NCBI GenBank assembly: GCA_027310185.1
Contig: DAIDBH010000006.1
Location: 64,001-128,000 of the forward strand
From: Thermoplasmatales archaeon
GTDB lineage: Archaea; Thermoplasmatota; Thermoplasmata; Thermoplasmatales; Thermoplasmataceae
DNA length: 64,000 bases
Direction of reading: 5' to 3'
The notes below the pieces were generated by a model that worked only from the letters and a program-made list of their open reading frames with translations, made no database searches and was not told the DNA's origin. Position 1 is the stretch's first letter. Each line of letters begins with the position of its first letter. This document shows positions 20,452 to 30,610 of the stretch, piece after piece. The position numbers and the translations under genes are program-made.

Positions 20452-21305
20452 AAGGTTTCATCGATTACATAAAACTGGAACATACAGTTTTTGATATACC
20501 TTTCATAGTGGCAGGTAGCTTTATTGCTGCAGGAAAATATCCGGGAACCAGGATCATCATTCTTGTAATACTTGCAGGTACACTTGCAAGAGCAACAGGA
20601 ATGTCGATCAACAGGCTGCTTGGGAAGAAGTATGATGTGATCAACCCGAGAAAGAGGCAATGGGGACTGGTTAATGGGTCCCTGTCAACTTCAAGCGCCA
20701 TTACATTCACTGTTATTGTGGCAGCCCTATTTGAGCTCTGTACGTTCCTGCTCAACACGTTCGTCTTCATTCTTTCTCCAGTAGTTCTTGCTCTTTTCAT
20801 AATAGATCCCATGCTCAAGAGAATAACAAGATGGAGGCATTTCTTCATGGGGCTGACCATAGGGGTTGGTGTCATGGCAGGATACCTTGCCGTTATCCCT
20901 CACTTTCCATCATCACCTGAAATATATATCCTGGTAATCACAACTGCTACGTGGATTGGAGGCTTTGACATGGTATACACAATACCTGATGTGGAATATG
21001 ACAGGCAGAATGATCTAAAGACAGTCATGACTGCTTATGGGATAAGAAATGGGATGATTATTTCAGATATTACTCATGCCTTTACCCTCTTATTTTTCAC
21101 CCTGCTCATATTTTACATAAACAGTTATTTCTACGCTGCAGAACTCGTTCTGATTTATTTCCTCATAATATATCAGCATTACATACTTGATCCGGATGAT
21201 ACTTCTACAGTAAGGGTTTCATTCCTTAACTCCAATTCATTCATAGGCATATCATTCCTCACTGTCCTGATACTGACACAGTACCTGCCAGCTTTTGCTT
21301 TATAA
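20370..21305 (+). CDS. ubiA: UbiA-family prenyltransferase (MqnP-like)
   Basis: IKLEHTVF, NRL...YDVINPR, WIGGFDMVYTIPDVEYD, multiple TM segments. Confidence 0.88.
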   Translation: MAGNTFNETGYSGKSRSTENEVQESKLKGFIDYIKLEHTVFDIPFIVAGSFIAAGKYPGTRIIILVILAGTLARATGMSINRLLGKKYDVINPRKRQWGLVNGSLSTSSAITFTVIVAALFELCTFLLNTFVFILSPVVLALFIIDPMLKRITRWRHFFMGLTIGVGVMAGYLAVIPHFPSSPEIYILVITTATWIGGFDMVYTIPDVEYDRQNDLKTVMTAYGIRNGMIISDITHAFTLLFFTLLIFYINSYFYAAELVLIYFLIIYQHYILDPDDTSTVRVSFLNSNSFIGISFLTVLILTQYLPAFAL

Positions 21306-21309
21306 TAAT

Positions 21310-22197
21310 CTAGCCAAGCGGGAATATATTCAATTCGTAAATTTTTACATTTTTGAAATTTACTGGGATATTACCGATGATTTTCAGCAAATATGATTGA
21401 TATACCCTGTGAATAAGGAATGTAAATTTCAAAACCCTGTCCTTCTTTTCTATCCCAAAATAAATGAGTGGGAGAATGGCTCCTTTCTTGCTGTTGAATT
21501 GCATAACCAGTTCATCGCTTATCTCAACCTCATAGGAATTATCATCTATTTTCTCAGCATCCGGTGGAACTGTACTGTCTTCATGATATACCATGAAAAA
21601 AGGGACTCTTCCAAGAGACGGGAATTTAAGGATTGCCAGATACTCCTCCCCAATATTTAGATCATAATTATCAAGGGAAAATTCTACCCTGTCAATTTCC
21701 ATATTCTCCAAGGATGTGATATACTCCATGAAACTGATCTCTTTCAGTTTCCATACTCTAAATTTTTCATCATCAAGTAAACCTGATATGAAATTGTTTA
21801 TATCCTGCATGAAACGTTCAGAAAATGTAAATGACATATAGTGCCTGCCGCCCATTACGTAATTTATTCCAGCCATGATGGATGGAATCTCTAAAATCTC
21901 TCCTATTTTCCCTGTGCTTCCCTGTAAATCACTGGAAGCAAAAAACGTATAACAGTTACCTATTTTTCTTCCACCATATTTCTGGTTGAAAATTGCCTGA
22001 TCCCTGTTTTGATTTTCTTCATTCAGGAGATACAGGAATATCATCCTTCTTTCGTCATTAAGAGCTATGAATGGAATTTTTATACTGTGTGCCCTTGAAT
22101 AGTTTTCAATGGGAGAGTTATCATTGCATTCAAGAATTATTTCATGTTTTCCATTGAAAATCCTGTATTTATCAGGAAAAAGGTTCCAGTCTGCCAT
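21310..22197 (-). CDS. Hypothetical protein, paralog of 6993..7934
   Basis: 295 aa; ILEIPSI...Y...FTFS...DINNFI...KFRV. Confidence 0.75.
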   Translation of the reverse strand: MADWNLFPDKYRIFNGKHEIILECNDNSPIENYSRAHSIKIPFIALNDERRMIFLYLLNEENQNRDQAIFNQKYGGRKIGNCYTFFASSDLQGSTGKIGEILEIPSIMAGINYVMGGRHYMSFTFSERFMQDINNFISGLLDDEKFRVWKLKEISFMEYITSLENMEIDRVEFSLDNYDLNIGEEYLAILKFPSLGRVPFFMVYHEDSTVPPDAEKIDDNSYEVEISDELVMQFNSKKGAILPLIYFGIEKKDRVLKFTFLIHRVYQSYLLKIIGNIPVNFKNVKIYELNIFPLG

Positions 22198-22265
22198 TCT
22201 GTCAGACAGTGATTGTAAATGGATATTTAAATAGGATTGTGATTATAATAGGTAGAATAGGGTAT

Positions 22266-23189
22266 TCATACAGAAAGAATGTCACTGAAAACAGCACCTG
22301 CTGTCTCAAGAGGCCCGTCCATGTCTTCTGAGATATAAACCGGATTCCTCTCAGCAAACCCTATGGTACATGCCATTCCCATTGGGGCCAGCCTGAGGAA
22401 TGGGTCCTCATTCTCAAGTTTGAATACCCTGGACTCTACAGTGAATTCTCCATCCATGGAAAGCTTCGCGAGGAGCATTTCATTCATTTTAATATTATCA
22501 GGATTTATTCCAGAGTAACTCAATTCTTTCAGTCTCAGGGGCTTATTGAACAGCGAATTTGCAAGAATGACCGCTTTTCTTGCGGAATCTGTTCCGTCCA
22601 GATCATCTGTCATATCCGTTTCTGCAACACCCTCTTCGGTGGCCTTCCTCTTTGCCTCTTCCAGGCTCATCCCTCCATTTACCTTCTTCATCACAAAGTT
22701 CGATGTTAGATTTACGACACCGGTGAAACTGTTTACAGTAAAGGATGGAAAACTACTTCTCAGCAGTGAAAATATTGGAAGCCCGCCTGCAACTGTTGCC
22801 TCGAAATAGAGTTTTTTATGATTTTCCATTGATGCTCTTCCTATTTCCGGGAAGAAGTTAGCAAGTCCCGATTTATTGGCAGTTACAATGTGCTTTCCAT
22901 TTTTCATGAGATCAATGTAATCATCCCTTTCCCTTTCACCATTTCTGGATGCAGTCCTCATGTCCACATAAACGTCAAAATCAAGCTTTCTGATACTCTC
23001 CGACTTCCTGAAATCTTCTGGAGCACTCATGAATTTATTGATCTCTGTCATGTTTAGACCTTCTTCTGAGCACAGCTGCCCCCTGGAGTTCTCGATCCCG
23101 ATGATCTGAATGTCAGAATTGAATTTTGCGATCAGTTTCAGCAAATTCCTGGAAACGTTCCCTGTTCCTGCAAGATAAAGCTTCCTCAT
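22266..23189 (-). CDS. hom: Homoserine dehydrogenase
   Basis: GTGNV, VTANK, FEATVAGGLP, DLDGTDSARK, GPLETAGAV. Confidence 0.9.
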   Translation of the reverse strand: MRKLYLAGTGNVSRNLLKLIAKFNSDIQIIGIENSRGQLCSEEGLNMTEINKFMSAPEDFRKSESIRKLDFDVYVDMRTASRNGERERDDYIDLMKNGKHIVTANKSGLANFFPEIGRASMENHKKLYFEATVAGGLPIFSLLRSSFPSFTVNSFTGVVNLTSNFVMKKVNGGMSLEEAKRKATEEGVAETDMTDDLDGTDSARKAVILANSLFNKPLRLKELSYSGINPDNIKMNEMLLAKLSMDGEFTVESRVFKLENEDPFLRLAPMGMACTIGFAERNPVYISEDMDGPLETAGAVFSDILSV

Positions 23190-25576
23190 TATTCCAGCTC
23201 CACTTTTCCCACGGAGATGACCTCATCGTCACCACTGACATCTATAAGTTTTACACCCTGTGAATTCCTGCTCACTTCCCTTATTGTCGAGGCCTTGATC
23301 CTTATGGTCTGTTCGTTTCTGGTCATTATTATCAGTTCGTCATTCTCATTCACAGGAATAGCCTCCACTATCTTTCCCGTCTTCTCGGTGATCTTCATGA
23401 CCTTGACTCCCATGCTTCCCCTGTGATGGCTCGTAAACTCATTCTCCTCAGTTCTCTTTCCTATTCCCCTTGATGATACTGTCAGGATGTTCTGGCCAGG
23501 TTCAATGGCAAAGGCCTTTATCACATACTCATTTCCCTGAACCTTCATTGACCTTACACCTCTGGAAGTTCTACCTGTCGTCCTTACCTCATCTGACCTG
23601 AATCTTGCTGCCTTCCCATTGCTTGATATGACAACTATATCGTGATCAGATTCCAGAATGAATGCAGAAATAAGCTCGTCGCCCTCTTCAAGGTTCACTG
23701 CCCTGATGCCAGCCGAGTTTATATTTGCAAAGTCCTCAACGGAAGTTTTCTTTATGAAGCCACCTCTTGTTGCCATGATCAGGAATGATCCTACCTTATC
23801 TTCAAACCTGAGAACTTCTGTTAATCTTTCAGTTTCTGCAAGCTTGAGGAATGCTGAACCGATGACGCCAACACCTGTTCTGCTCTTGCTCTCAATCCTG
23901 TAAGCCTTTATCTTGAATACCCTTCCTGTGTTGGTGAAGAAGAGAACATTATCATGTGAGCTGCAGTGAATCAGTGATCTCACCTGATCCTCGTCCCTAA
24001 CACTTGTCTGAACGCCTTTCCCGCCTCTCTTCTGTGCGCGATATTCATCCAGCGTTACCCTCTTTATGAAACCTTTTTCTGTAAGTATGATGACGCTCTC
24101 CTCAACAGGGATTGTCTGATCTTCTGAAAGATTCATGTAGCCTCCTGACTTGACCTCTGTCCTTCTTTCATCACCATACTTCTTGATCAGGGCCTGGATT
24201 TCCTCTATGAGGATGCTGTCCCTTTCACTTTCATTGTTTATGATGCTGTTCAGTCTTTTCAATTCGTTGAATGTGTCCTCCAGCTCTTTTTTAATCTTCT
24301 CATGTTCCAGTGATGTGAGTCTCTGCAACCTCATGTCAAGAATTGCGTTTGCCTGTATCTCTGTAAGATCAAGGGACTGCATCAGTTTTGCTCTTGCTTC
24401 TGTTGTTTCCCTGCTTCCCCTGATCAGAGATATGACAAGATCGAGCTGTTCTATGGCTTTCTCAAGACCGAGCAGTATATGTTCCCTTTCCTTCAGCTTA
24501 TCATAGTCAAACTGGCTCCTTTTCAGGATGACCTTTAGCCTGTGATCTATGTAGCTTTTCATGAGTTCCTTGAGGTTCATCTGTCTTGGTTCATTGTTCA
24601 GGAGAACCAGGTTGTTTATGCTGATGCTCTGTTCAAGTTCTGTCTTAGAATACAGCTGGTTCAGAATTAATCCTTTCCTGTCCTCGTCCTTTATTTTAAT
24701 TACTATCCTCATTCCTTCCCTGTTGCTTTCGTCCCTCACATCGGTAATTCCCTCTATCTTTCCGTCATCAACATGTCTTACGACGTTTTCAAGAAATGTT
24801 ACCTTATTGACACCATAGGGAAGGCTGGTAATGACGATCCTCTTCTTATCATCAATATTTGCTTCTCCGCGACATATGACCTTTCCTCTCCCCGTTTCAT
24901 ATGCCCTGATTAGATCATCTGTCATCCATATTATTCCACCACCCGGGAAGTCTGGTCCCTTTAGATGTTGAAGCAGATCCTTAACAGTCGCACCTGGATT
25001 CCTGACCAGCTCTATGATCCCGTTTCCCACCTCTGTAAGGTTGTGAGGAAGGAGATTTGTGGCCATTCCTACTGCTATTCCAGAACTTCCATTTATGAGC
25101 AGGTTTGGGACAACCGATGGAAGATAATCCGGTTCCTGCAGGGAACCATCAAAATTCAGCCTGAACGGTACCGTATTCTTGTCTATATCCTTCAGCATCT
25201 CCTCTGCTAGCTGGTTGGTTCTAGCTTCAGTATATCTCATTGCCGCAGGTGCATCACCATCTATTGACCCAAAATTTCCCTGCCCATCGATAAGCATATA
25301 CCTGAGGGAAAAATCCTGAGCCATCCTTGCCATTGCATCGTAAATTGCACTGTCTCCATGTGGATGATATTTACCCATGGCTTCTCCAACTATCCTTGCA
25401 GATTTCCTGTAAGGCTTATCGTGTGTGAAGTTATTTTCATACATTGAATAGAGTATCCTTCTCTGAACTGGCTTCAGTCCATCCCTCACATCTGGTATTG
25501 CCCTGCTGACAATTACGCTCATTGCATATTCAAGATAGGATTTTTTAATTTCTGTTTCTACTGGTTTCAATTCCAT
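23189..25576 (-). CDS. gyrA: DNA gyrase subunit A
   Basis: RDGLKPVQRR, YHPHGD, AAMRYTE, GyrA box QKRGGKG, beta-pinwheel repeats. Confidence 0.97.
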   Translation of the reverse strand: MELKPVETEIKKSYLEYAMSVIVSRAIPDVRDGLKPVQRRILYSMYENNFTHDKPYRKSARIVGEAMGKYHPHGDSAIYDAMARMAQDFSLRYMLIDGQGNFGSIDGDAPAAMRYTEARTNQLAEEMLKDIDKNTVPFRLNFDGSLQEPDYLPSVVPNLLINGSSGIAVGMATNLLPHNLTEVGNGIIELVRNPGATVKDLLQHLKGPDFPGGGIIWMTDDLIRAYETGRGKVICRGEANIDDKKRIVITSLPYGVNKVTFLENVVRHVDDGKIEGITDVRDESNREGMRIVIKIKDEDRKGLILNQLYSKTELEQSISINNLVLLNNEPRQMNLKELMKSYIDHRLKVILKRSQFDYDKLKEREHILLGLEKAIEQLDLVISLIRGSRETTEARAKLMQSLDLTEIQANAILDMRLQRLTSLEHEKIKKELEDTFNELKRLNSIINNESERDSILIEEIQALIKKYGDERRTEVKSGGYMNLSEDQTIPVEESVIILTEKGFIKRVTLDEYRAQKRGGKGVQTSVRDEDQVRSLIHCSSHDNVLFFTNTGRVFKIKAYRIESKSRTGVGVIGSAFLKLAETERLTEVLRFEDKVGSFLIMATRGGFIKKTSVEDFANINSAGIRAVNLEEGDELISAFILESDHDIVVISSNGKAARFRSDEVRTTGRTSRGVRSMKVQGNEYVIKAFAIEPGQNILTVSSRGIGKRTEENEFTSHHRGSMGVKVMKITEKTGKIVEAIPVNENDELIIMTRNEQTIRIKASTIREVSRNSQGVKLIDVSGDDEVISVGKVELE

Positions 25577-25586
25577 TCAGATCACC

Positions 25587-27521
25587 TTAAAAATCAATTT
25601 CCCCCACGTATTTTGCATTCTCCTCTATGAATCTTCTTCTTGGCTCAACCTTGTCTCCCATCAGGATTGAAAATGTGTGATCTGCCTCATCTGCATCTTC
25701 AACATCTACCCTTACGAGTCTCCTGGTATCAGGGTTCATGGCAGTGTCCCATAGCTGTTCCGGGTTCATCTCTCCAAGACCCTTGAATCTCTGTGTTACA
25801 ACATTCTTTCCGAGTTCTGATACTACCTTATCTCTTTCCTCCTCAGAATATACATAATAGACCTTGTCACCTTTCTGTACCCTGTAAAGTGGAGGTTCAG
25901 CGAAGTATATGTTTCCATTCTTGATCAGTTTCAGTGCATGTCTGTAAAAGAATGTCAGGAGCAGAGTTCTTATGTGTGCGCCGTCAACATCGGCATCGGT
26001 CATGATTATTATCTTTCCATACCTCAGACTATCAAGGTTCAATTCCTCACCCACACCTGTGCCAAGTACTATGATCAGGTCCTTGATTATCTGGTTCGCG
26101 AATGTCTTGCTGTCGTTTGCCTTCTCCACATTGAGAATTTTACCTCTAAGAGGCATCACTGCCTGATATTCCCTGTTTCTTGCCTGTTTCGCAGATCCAC
26201 CTGCTGAGTCTCCCTCTACTATATATATCTCTGTTTTTGATGGATCAGATGATGAGCAGTCGGCCAGCTTGCCTGGCATGCTCCCTGTTCCGAGGCTTGA
26301 CCTCTTCTTTATTAGTTCTTTGGCATTCCTTGATGCTTCCCTTGCCTCCGCTGCCATCAATGCCCTTCTCACTATTAGATTGGCCACGTGTGGATAACTT
26401 TCCAGATAGAATTTCATCTGGCTCTCCAGTATGGACTGTACAACCCCCTTGATTTCCCCATTTCCAAGTTTCTCCTTTGTCTGTCCCTCAAACTGTGGGT
26501 TGTACATTTTTACATGAAGAACTGCGACAAGACCATCCCTTACGTCATCGCCTATTAGATTGTCCACACCCTTTACGAGGTTATTCTTCTTCGCGAAGTC
26601 AAGTATTGCCTTTGATAATCCGGTCCTGAATCCGGCAACATGTGTTCCACCCTCATCTGTCCTTATATTGTTCACAAAGGACTTCATGACCTCCATGGAG
26701 TTTGATGAATACTGAAGTGCAAACTCAACAACCACATCTGACTTTTCTTCCTGTCCCTTGATTGTTTCCTTCAATAGGAGATCATATCCCTCGGAAAGGT
26801 ATGATACGAATTCTGAAAGGCCACCAGAAAAGTGGAATATATCCTTTTTTCCTGATCTTTCATCCCTCATTTCAAAGGATATGTTTGAGTTGAGATATGC
26901 CAGTTCTCTCATTCTGCGCTCCAGGATTTCATAACTGTATACTGTCTCCTGGAAAATTTCAGGGTCCGGCCAGAATTTAATTGTTGTACCGGACTCACTC
27001 TTCAGGTTCAGACTGATATCCTTCAGAACTGGATCATTTTCCTTTTCTTCTTCCCTTACAGTGATCAGGTGACCATCTGGAATACCCCTCCTGAAAATTT
27101 CATAATAAATATTTCCATTCCTTTTTATGACGGCAATGAGTTTTTCTGAAAGTGCATTGACCACATGCACTCCTACCCCATGAAGACCACCAGTGACCTT
27201 GTAAACCTTCTTGTCAAATTTTGCCCCACTGTGCAGTTCAGTCAGGACAATTTCAAGTGCTGGCCTCTTGTATTGAGGGTGAATATCCACAGGAATGCCT
27301 CTCCCGTTATCCTCGACTGTCACGCTACCGTCTTTTCCCAGTGTTATTAACACCTTATCCGCAAATCCCGCATTTGCTTCATCAACGCAGTTATCTACTA
27401 CCTCATAAACAAGATGATGAAGGCCGCCTTCTCCCGTATTGCCAATATACATTCCTGGCACTTTTCTAACTGCCTTCAATCCCTCCAGTATCTGTATCTG
27501 TGATGCATCGTATTGATCCAA
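25587..27521 (-). CDS. gyrB: DNA gyrase subunit B (TTG start)
   Basis: EVVDN, DNGRGIP, VEGDSAGG, PLRGKILN, MTDADVDGAHI, RFKGLGEM. Confidence 0.97.
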   Translation of the reverse strand: MDQYDASQIQILEGLKAVRKVPGMYIGNTGEGGLHHLVYEVVDNCVDEANAGFADKVLITLGKDGSVTVEDNGRGIPVDIHPQYKRPALEIVLTELHSGAKFDKKVYKVTGGLHGVGVHVVNALSEKLIAVIKRNGNIYYEIFRRGIPDGHLITVREEEKENDPVLKDISLNLKSESGTTIKFWPDPEIFQETVYSYEILERRMRELAYLNSNISFEMRDERSGKKDIFHFSGGLSEFVSYLSEGYDLLLKETIKGQEEKSDVVVEFALQYSSNSMEVMKSFVNNIRTDEGGTHVAGFRTGLSKAILDFAKKNNLVKGVDNLIGDDVRDGLVAVLHVKMYNPQFEGQTKEKLGNGEIKGVVQSILESQMKFYLESYPHVANLIVRRALMAAEAREASRNAKELIKKRSSLGTGSMPGKLADCSSSDPSKTEIYIVEGDSAGGSAKQARNREYQAVMPLRGKILNVEKANDSKTFANQIIKDLIIVLGTGVGEELNLDSLRYGKIIIMTDADVDGAHIRTLLLTFFYRHALKLIKNGNIYFAEPPLYRVQKGDKVYYVYSEEERDKVVSELGKNVVTQRFKGLGEMNPEQLWDTAMNPDTRRLVRVDVEDADEADHTFSILMGDKVEPRRRFIEENAKYVGEIDF

Positions 27522-27637
27522 ACCTATCCTACCCCCATGGTTTCATTACTTATATGTGTTTTAATTTTTTTTCACTTATCAATATTATAATTGAAGAGTC
27601 AATAAAACACTAACTTAATTGAAGATCAGAATTGAGA

Positions 27638-28429
27638 CTATTTATTCAGTACATTTGTGTAAAATGAGATGTATCTGAATGGTTCTTCCATTTCTTCAGT
27701 ATTACCATTTTTATTCTCGTATTTTCTTATGAATTGTGGTTCACCGAATACTTTTGTAACCGGCTCGCTGCCCCTGTCGAAATTTATGAGGTATTTCCCC
27801 CTTAAATCCTTTCTTACATCTGAAAGAGTCCTGTAATCCTTCATTGAGAAATTATGTTCATACCAGTTCTTGCCAGGATAGGGCGGATCCATATAGAAGA
27901 AAGTGCGTTCATTGTCATATTTCTTGAGGAATGCAAGGTAATCCATATTTTCAAGCTTCCATGAAGATATGGTCTTCTGTATTGCTGGCAGAACGCCAAT
28001 TGTCTTCCCCATTGCAGTGAATGAACTTTTTTCCCTGGATGTTGAGTATGTTTCACCCATTCCTCCAAAGGTTGTGTTATACCTGTAAAACGTCTTGAAA
28101 GCACTGTATGTTCTATCTTCTTTCTTTTCCTCCTGTTCCTCTCTCATCTGTTTCCTGAATTCAATGAAATTTTTAGGTGATGTCAGCCACTGTTTTACAT
28201 ATTCCATGAATGAGTCATATGAATCCCTCAGGCTCAGTAAAAGATCATATATATCCCGGTTTATCTCATTATATATTACATTCTCTGCACCCATGTTCAG
28301 AGAAACCGTGGCTGAACCTCCAAACACATCAGCGAATGCATCCATGTTTGATTTTTTCCATACTTCCCTTATATCCGGGATGGAAACCCATTTCGAGCCG
28401 GGATATTTTATGAGCCTCAATTTTTTCAT
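27638..28429 (-). CDS. D12-class N6-adenine DNA methyltransferase (Dam-like), no adjacent restriction enzyme
   Basis: KYPGSK, DVFGGSATV, NEIN, FYMDPPY. Confidence 0.88.
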   Translation of the reverse strand: MKKLRLIKYPGSKWVSIPDIREVWKKSNMDAFADVFGGSATVSLNMGAENVIYNEINRDIYDLLLSLRDSYDSFMEYVKQWLTSPKNFIEFRKQMREEQEEKKEDRTYSAFKTFYRYNTTFGGMGETYSTSREKSSFTAMGKTIGVLPAIQKTISSWKLENMDYLAFLKKYDNERTFFYMDPPYPGKNWYEHNFSMKDYRTLSDVRKDLRGKYLINFDRGSEPVTKVFGEPQFIRKYENKNGNTEEMEEPFRYISFYTNVLNK

Positions 28430-28487
28430 ATTAGATCAGTTAGAACCCTGATTCATAGCTAACATAAAAATATTGAAAAACTTTCCA

Positions 28488-29921
28488 TCATTCCATGCAG
28501 CAGCTCATTCTTGAGATATCCCTTGAGTAGGACTGTGCAGCAATTTTTATTCCCTCTGAAATAGTAGGAAATATATGTGTCATGGATACAAGGTCCTCAA
28601 GAGTCATCTTATTTCTCAAGATGTATGAACCCTCCATTATGATCTCAGTTGCCATGGGTGAAATAACCTGTACTCCGAGGATTTCATGATTATCTGCTGC
28701 GAACAACAGTTTATAGATTCCCTTATCTTCATTTATTATTCTGGCTTTTGGAACAGATTCAATGCCTATCTGCACTGACTCGTAACTAATATTTTTCTGC
28801 CTCAGCTCACTTTCACTGTAACCCACAAAAGCACCCTGTGGATCTGTGAATATTCCCCATGGAATGTATGCTTCTTCAATGGCTACAAATGGCTGGCCGA
28901 ACATGGCGTTTGCTGCAATTGTCCCTTCTCTCGCCGCAACTGTTTCCAGGTTGAATTTCTGTTTTACAACATCACCTGCAGCAAATATCTGCGGGTTTGA
29001 TGTTGACATGGTGTTATCCACAATTATACCGGACGCGTCATATTTCACACCAGCTTTTCCAAGATCAAGACCTTCTATATTTGGCCTTCTTCCAGAAGCT
29101 ATCATTAATTTCTGAATCTCGAATTCTGAAATATTTCCCCCATTTTCTGCAACTATAATGTATGAACTTCCATTCTTTTTAACCTCCTTCACTGAGTATC
29201 CTGTCAAAACTTTGAGATGGTCCGATTTTATGGATTCGATCAATTTAAGATCAATATCCCTATCACCCATCCTGTTTATTGTCTCATGATGCTTGAAAAT
29301 AGTTACGTTAACGCCAAGCATTGAAAGAGCCTGGCCTAACTCCAGAGCTATATAACCTCCGCCAATTATACCCATAGAATAGGGCTTTTCCCTTAAATTC
29401 CAGACGCTATCACTTGTCAGAATTTCTCCCTGGAGTCCCCTCAAACCACGGATATCGGGCAATGATGGTGAAGATCCCGTTGCAATCACAACATTGGAAG
29501 CAGTGATTTCTGATATTTCACTACCATTTATGATTTCTATCCTATCCTGGGCCAGAAACCTAGCATGACCATCCATTATGTGAATGTTTGGATAATATTT
29601 TACCACATCCTCATATTTTGTCTTCCTTTCCCCAGATGTCAAATGTTCGATGCTTTCCATCAGTTCCCTGAAGTCCAGTGAATTATTGCTGGATGATATA
29701 CCGGGAAATGGCGGATTTTTCAGCTTTTGATAGTATCTGGCAGATTCAAGGATGTACTTTGATGGGACGCATCCCACATTAACACATGTTCCTCCTATGA
29801 ACCCAAAACCTATCATAACTATTTCAGCCTGATTGTGACTGAGTTCTGATGCTTTTATGGCACAGGAGAAAGCTGCTGCTCCCCGACCCATAATTGCAAT
29901 ATCGAACTCCTCTTCCATCAC
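28488..29921 (-). CDS. merA: Mercuric reductase
   Basis: GGTCVNVGCVPSK, GGGYIALE, AAGD, HIFPTISE, C-terminal MSCCME vicinal cysteines. Confidence 0.93.
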   Translation of the reverse strand: MMEEEFDIAIMGRGAAAFSCAIKASELSHNQAEIVMIGFGFIGGTCVNVGCVPSKYILESARYYQKLKNPPFPGISSSNNSLDFRELMESIEHLTSGERKTKYEDVVKYYPNIHIMDGHARFLAQDRIEIINGSEISEITASNVVIATGSSPSLPDIRGLRGLQGEILTSDSVWNLREKPYSMGIIGGGYIALELGQALSMLGVNVTIFKHHETINRMGDRDIDLKLIESIKSDHLKVLTGYSVKEVKKNGSSYIIVAENGGNISEFEIQKLMIASGRRPNIEGLDLGKAGVKYDASGIIVDNTMSTSNPQIFAAGDVVKQKFNLETVAAREGTIAANAMFGQPFVAIEEAYIPWGIFTDPQGAFVGYSESELRQKNISYESVQIGIESVPKARIINEDKGIYKLLFAADNHEILGVQVISPMATEIIMEGSYILRNKMTLEDLVSMTHIFPTISEGIKIAAQSYSRDISRMSCCME

Positions 29922-30151
29922 TCCACCTTTTTGATTATGGCCTTGTAATGGGATTCTGGTGCGAAAACCCTGCTTTTCAGTATTTTATCCCTGGGGTTTT
30001 CTGTATCGTCCAGTATGAGGCTACCCATACCTTTCCTGTAATCGATATTAACATCTCTTGCCCCTATTTTTTCCATTTCATTTTTTATGGCAAACGCACA
30101 GTCCTCGCAGGTCATTCCATAGATTTTGAGTTCAATTTTCCTTTCTACCAT
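29918..30151 (-). CDS. Heavy-metal-associated (HMA) chaperone
   Basis: GMTCEDC motif; 4-nt overlap with merA. Confidence 0.88.
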   Translation of the reverse strand: MVERKIELKIYGMTCEDCAFAIKNEMEKIGARDVNIDYRKGMGSLILDDTENPRDKILKSRVFAPESHYKAIIKKVE

Positions 30152-30236
30152 ATATGGAAATTGATGCCATGCATAAATAGGGCAAAGTAAACTTTTGTTT
30201 ACTAAAAGATTATATTATTTTCAAACTTCTGTTCAT

Positions 30237-30608
30237 ATGGATGAATATTCAAGGAGGCAGAACAGGCTTGAGATTTGCATGATAGAAGTAGACGGCAAAA
30301 AACTTTGTATTGATCCTTCACTGCCTGTTCTCAGGGTACTATCCAGGAAATATTCTCTCCTTGTTATGCTTAGCATTAAGATCAATGGCATAAACTCCAA
30401 CTTCAATAATGTAAAATCGCACATCCCCCTATCCAGTTCTACAATAATTTCGAAGAGACTCAGGGAACTGCTAGATTCAGGTCTCATATACAAGAATAAT
30501 ACAGATGGGAGGTTGACCTACAGTCTTACAAAGTTTGGTACTGAGGTACTGACTTCCCTCGAACCTTTCATTAAACTTGTGAGCGATGAGGAAATATCAA
30601 AAGATTAA
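30237..30608 (+). CDS. HxlR/DUF24-like winged-helix regulator
   Basis: LSRKYSL, FNNVK, ISKRLREL..SGLI, YSLTKFG. ATG at 30237 preferred; divergent from the mer genes. Confidence 0.8.
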   Translation: MDEYSRRQNRLEICMIEVDGKKLCIDPSLPVLRVLSRKYSLLVMLSIKINGINSNFNNVKSHIPLSSSTIISKRLRELLDSGLIYKNNTDGRLTYSLTKFGTEVLTSLEPFIKLVSDEEISKD

Positions 30609-30610
30609 TC

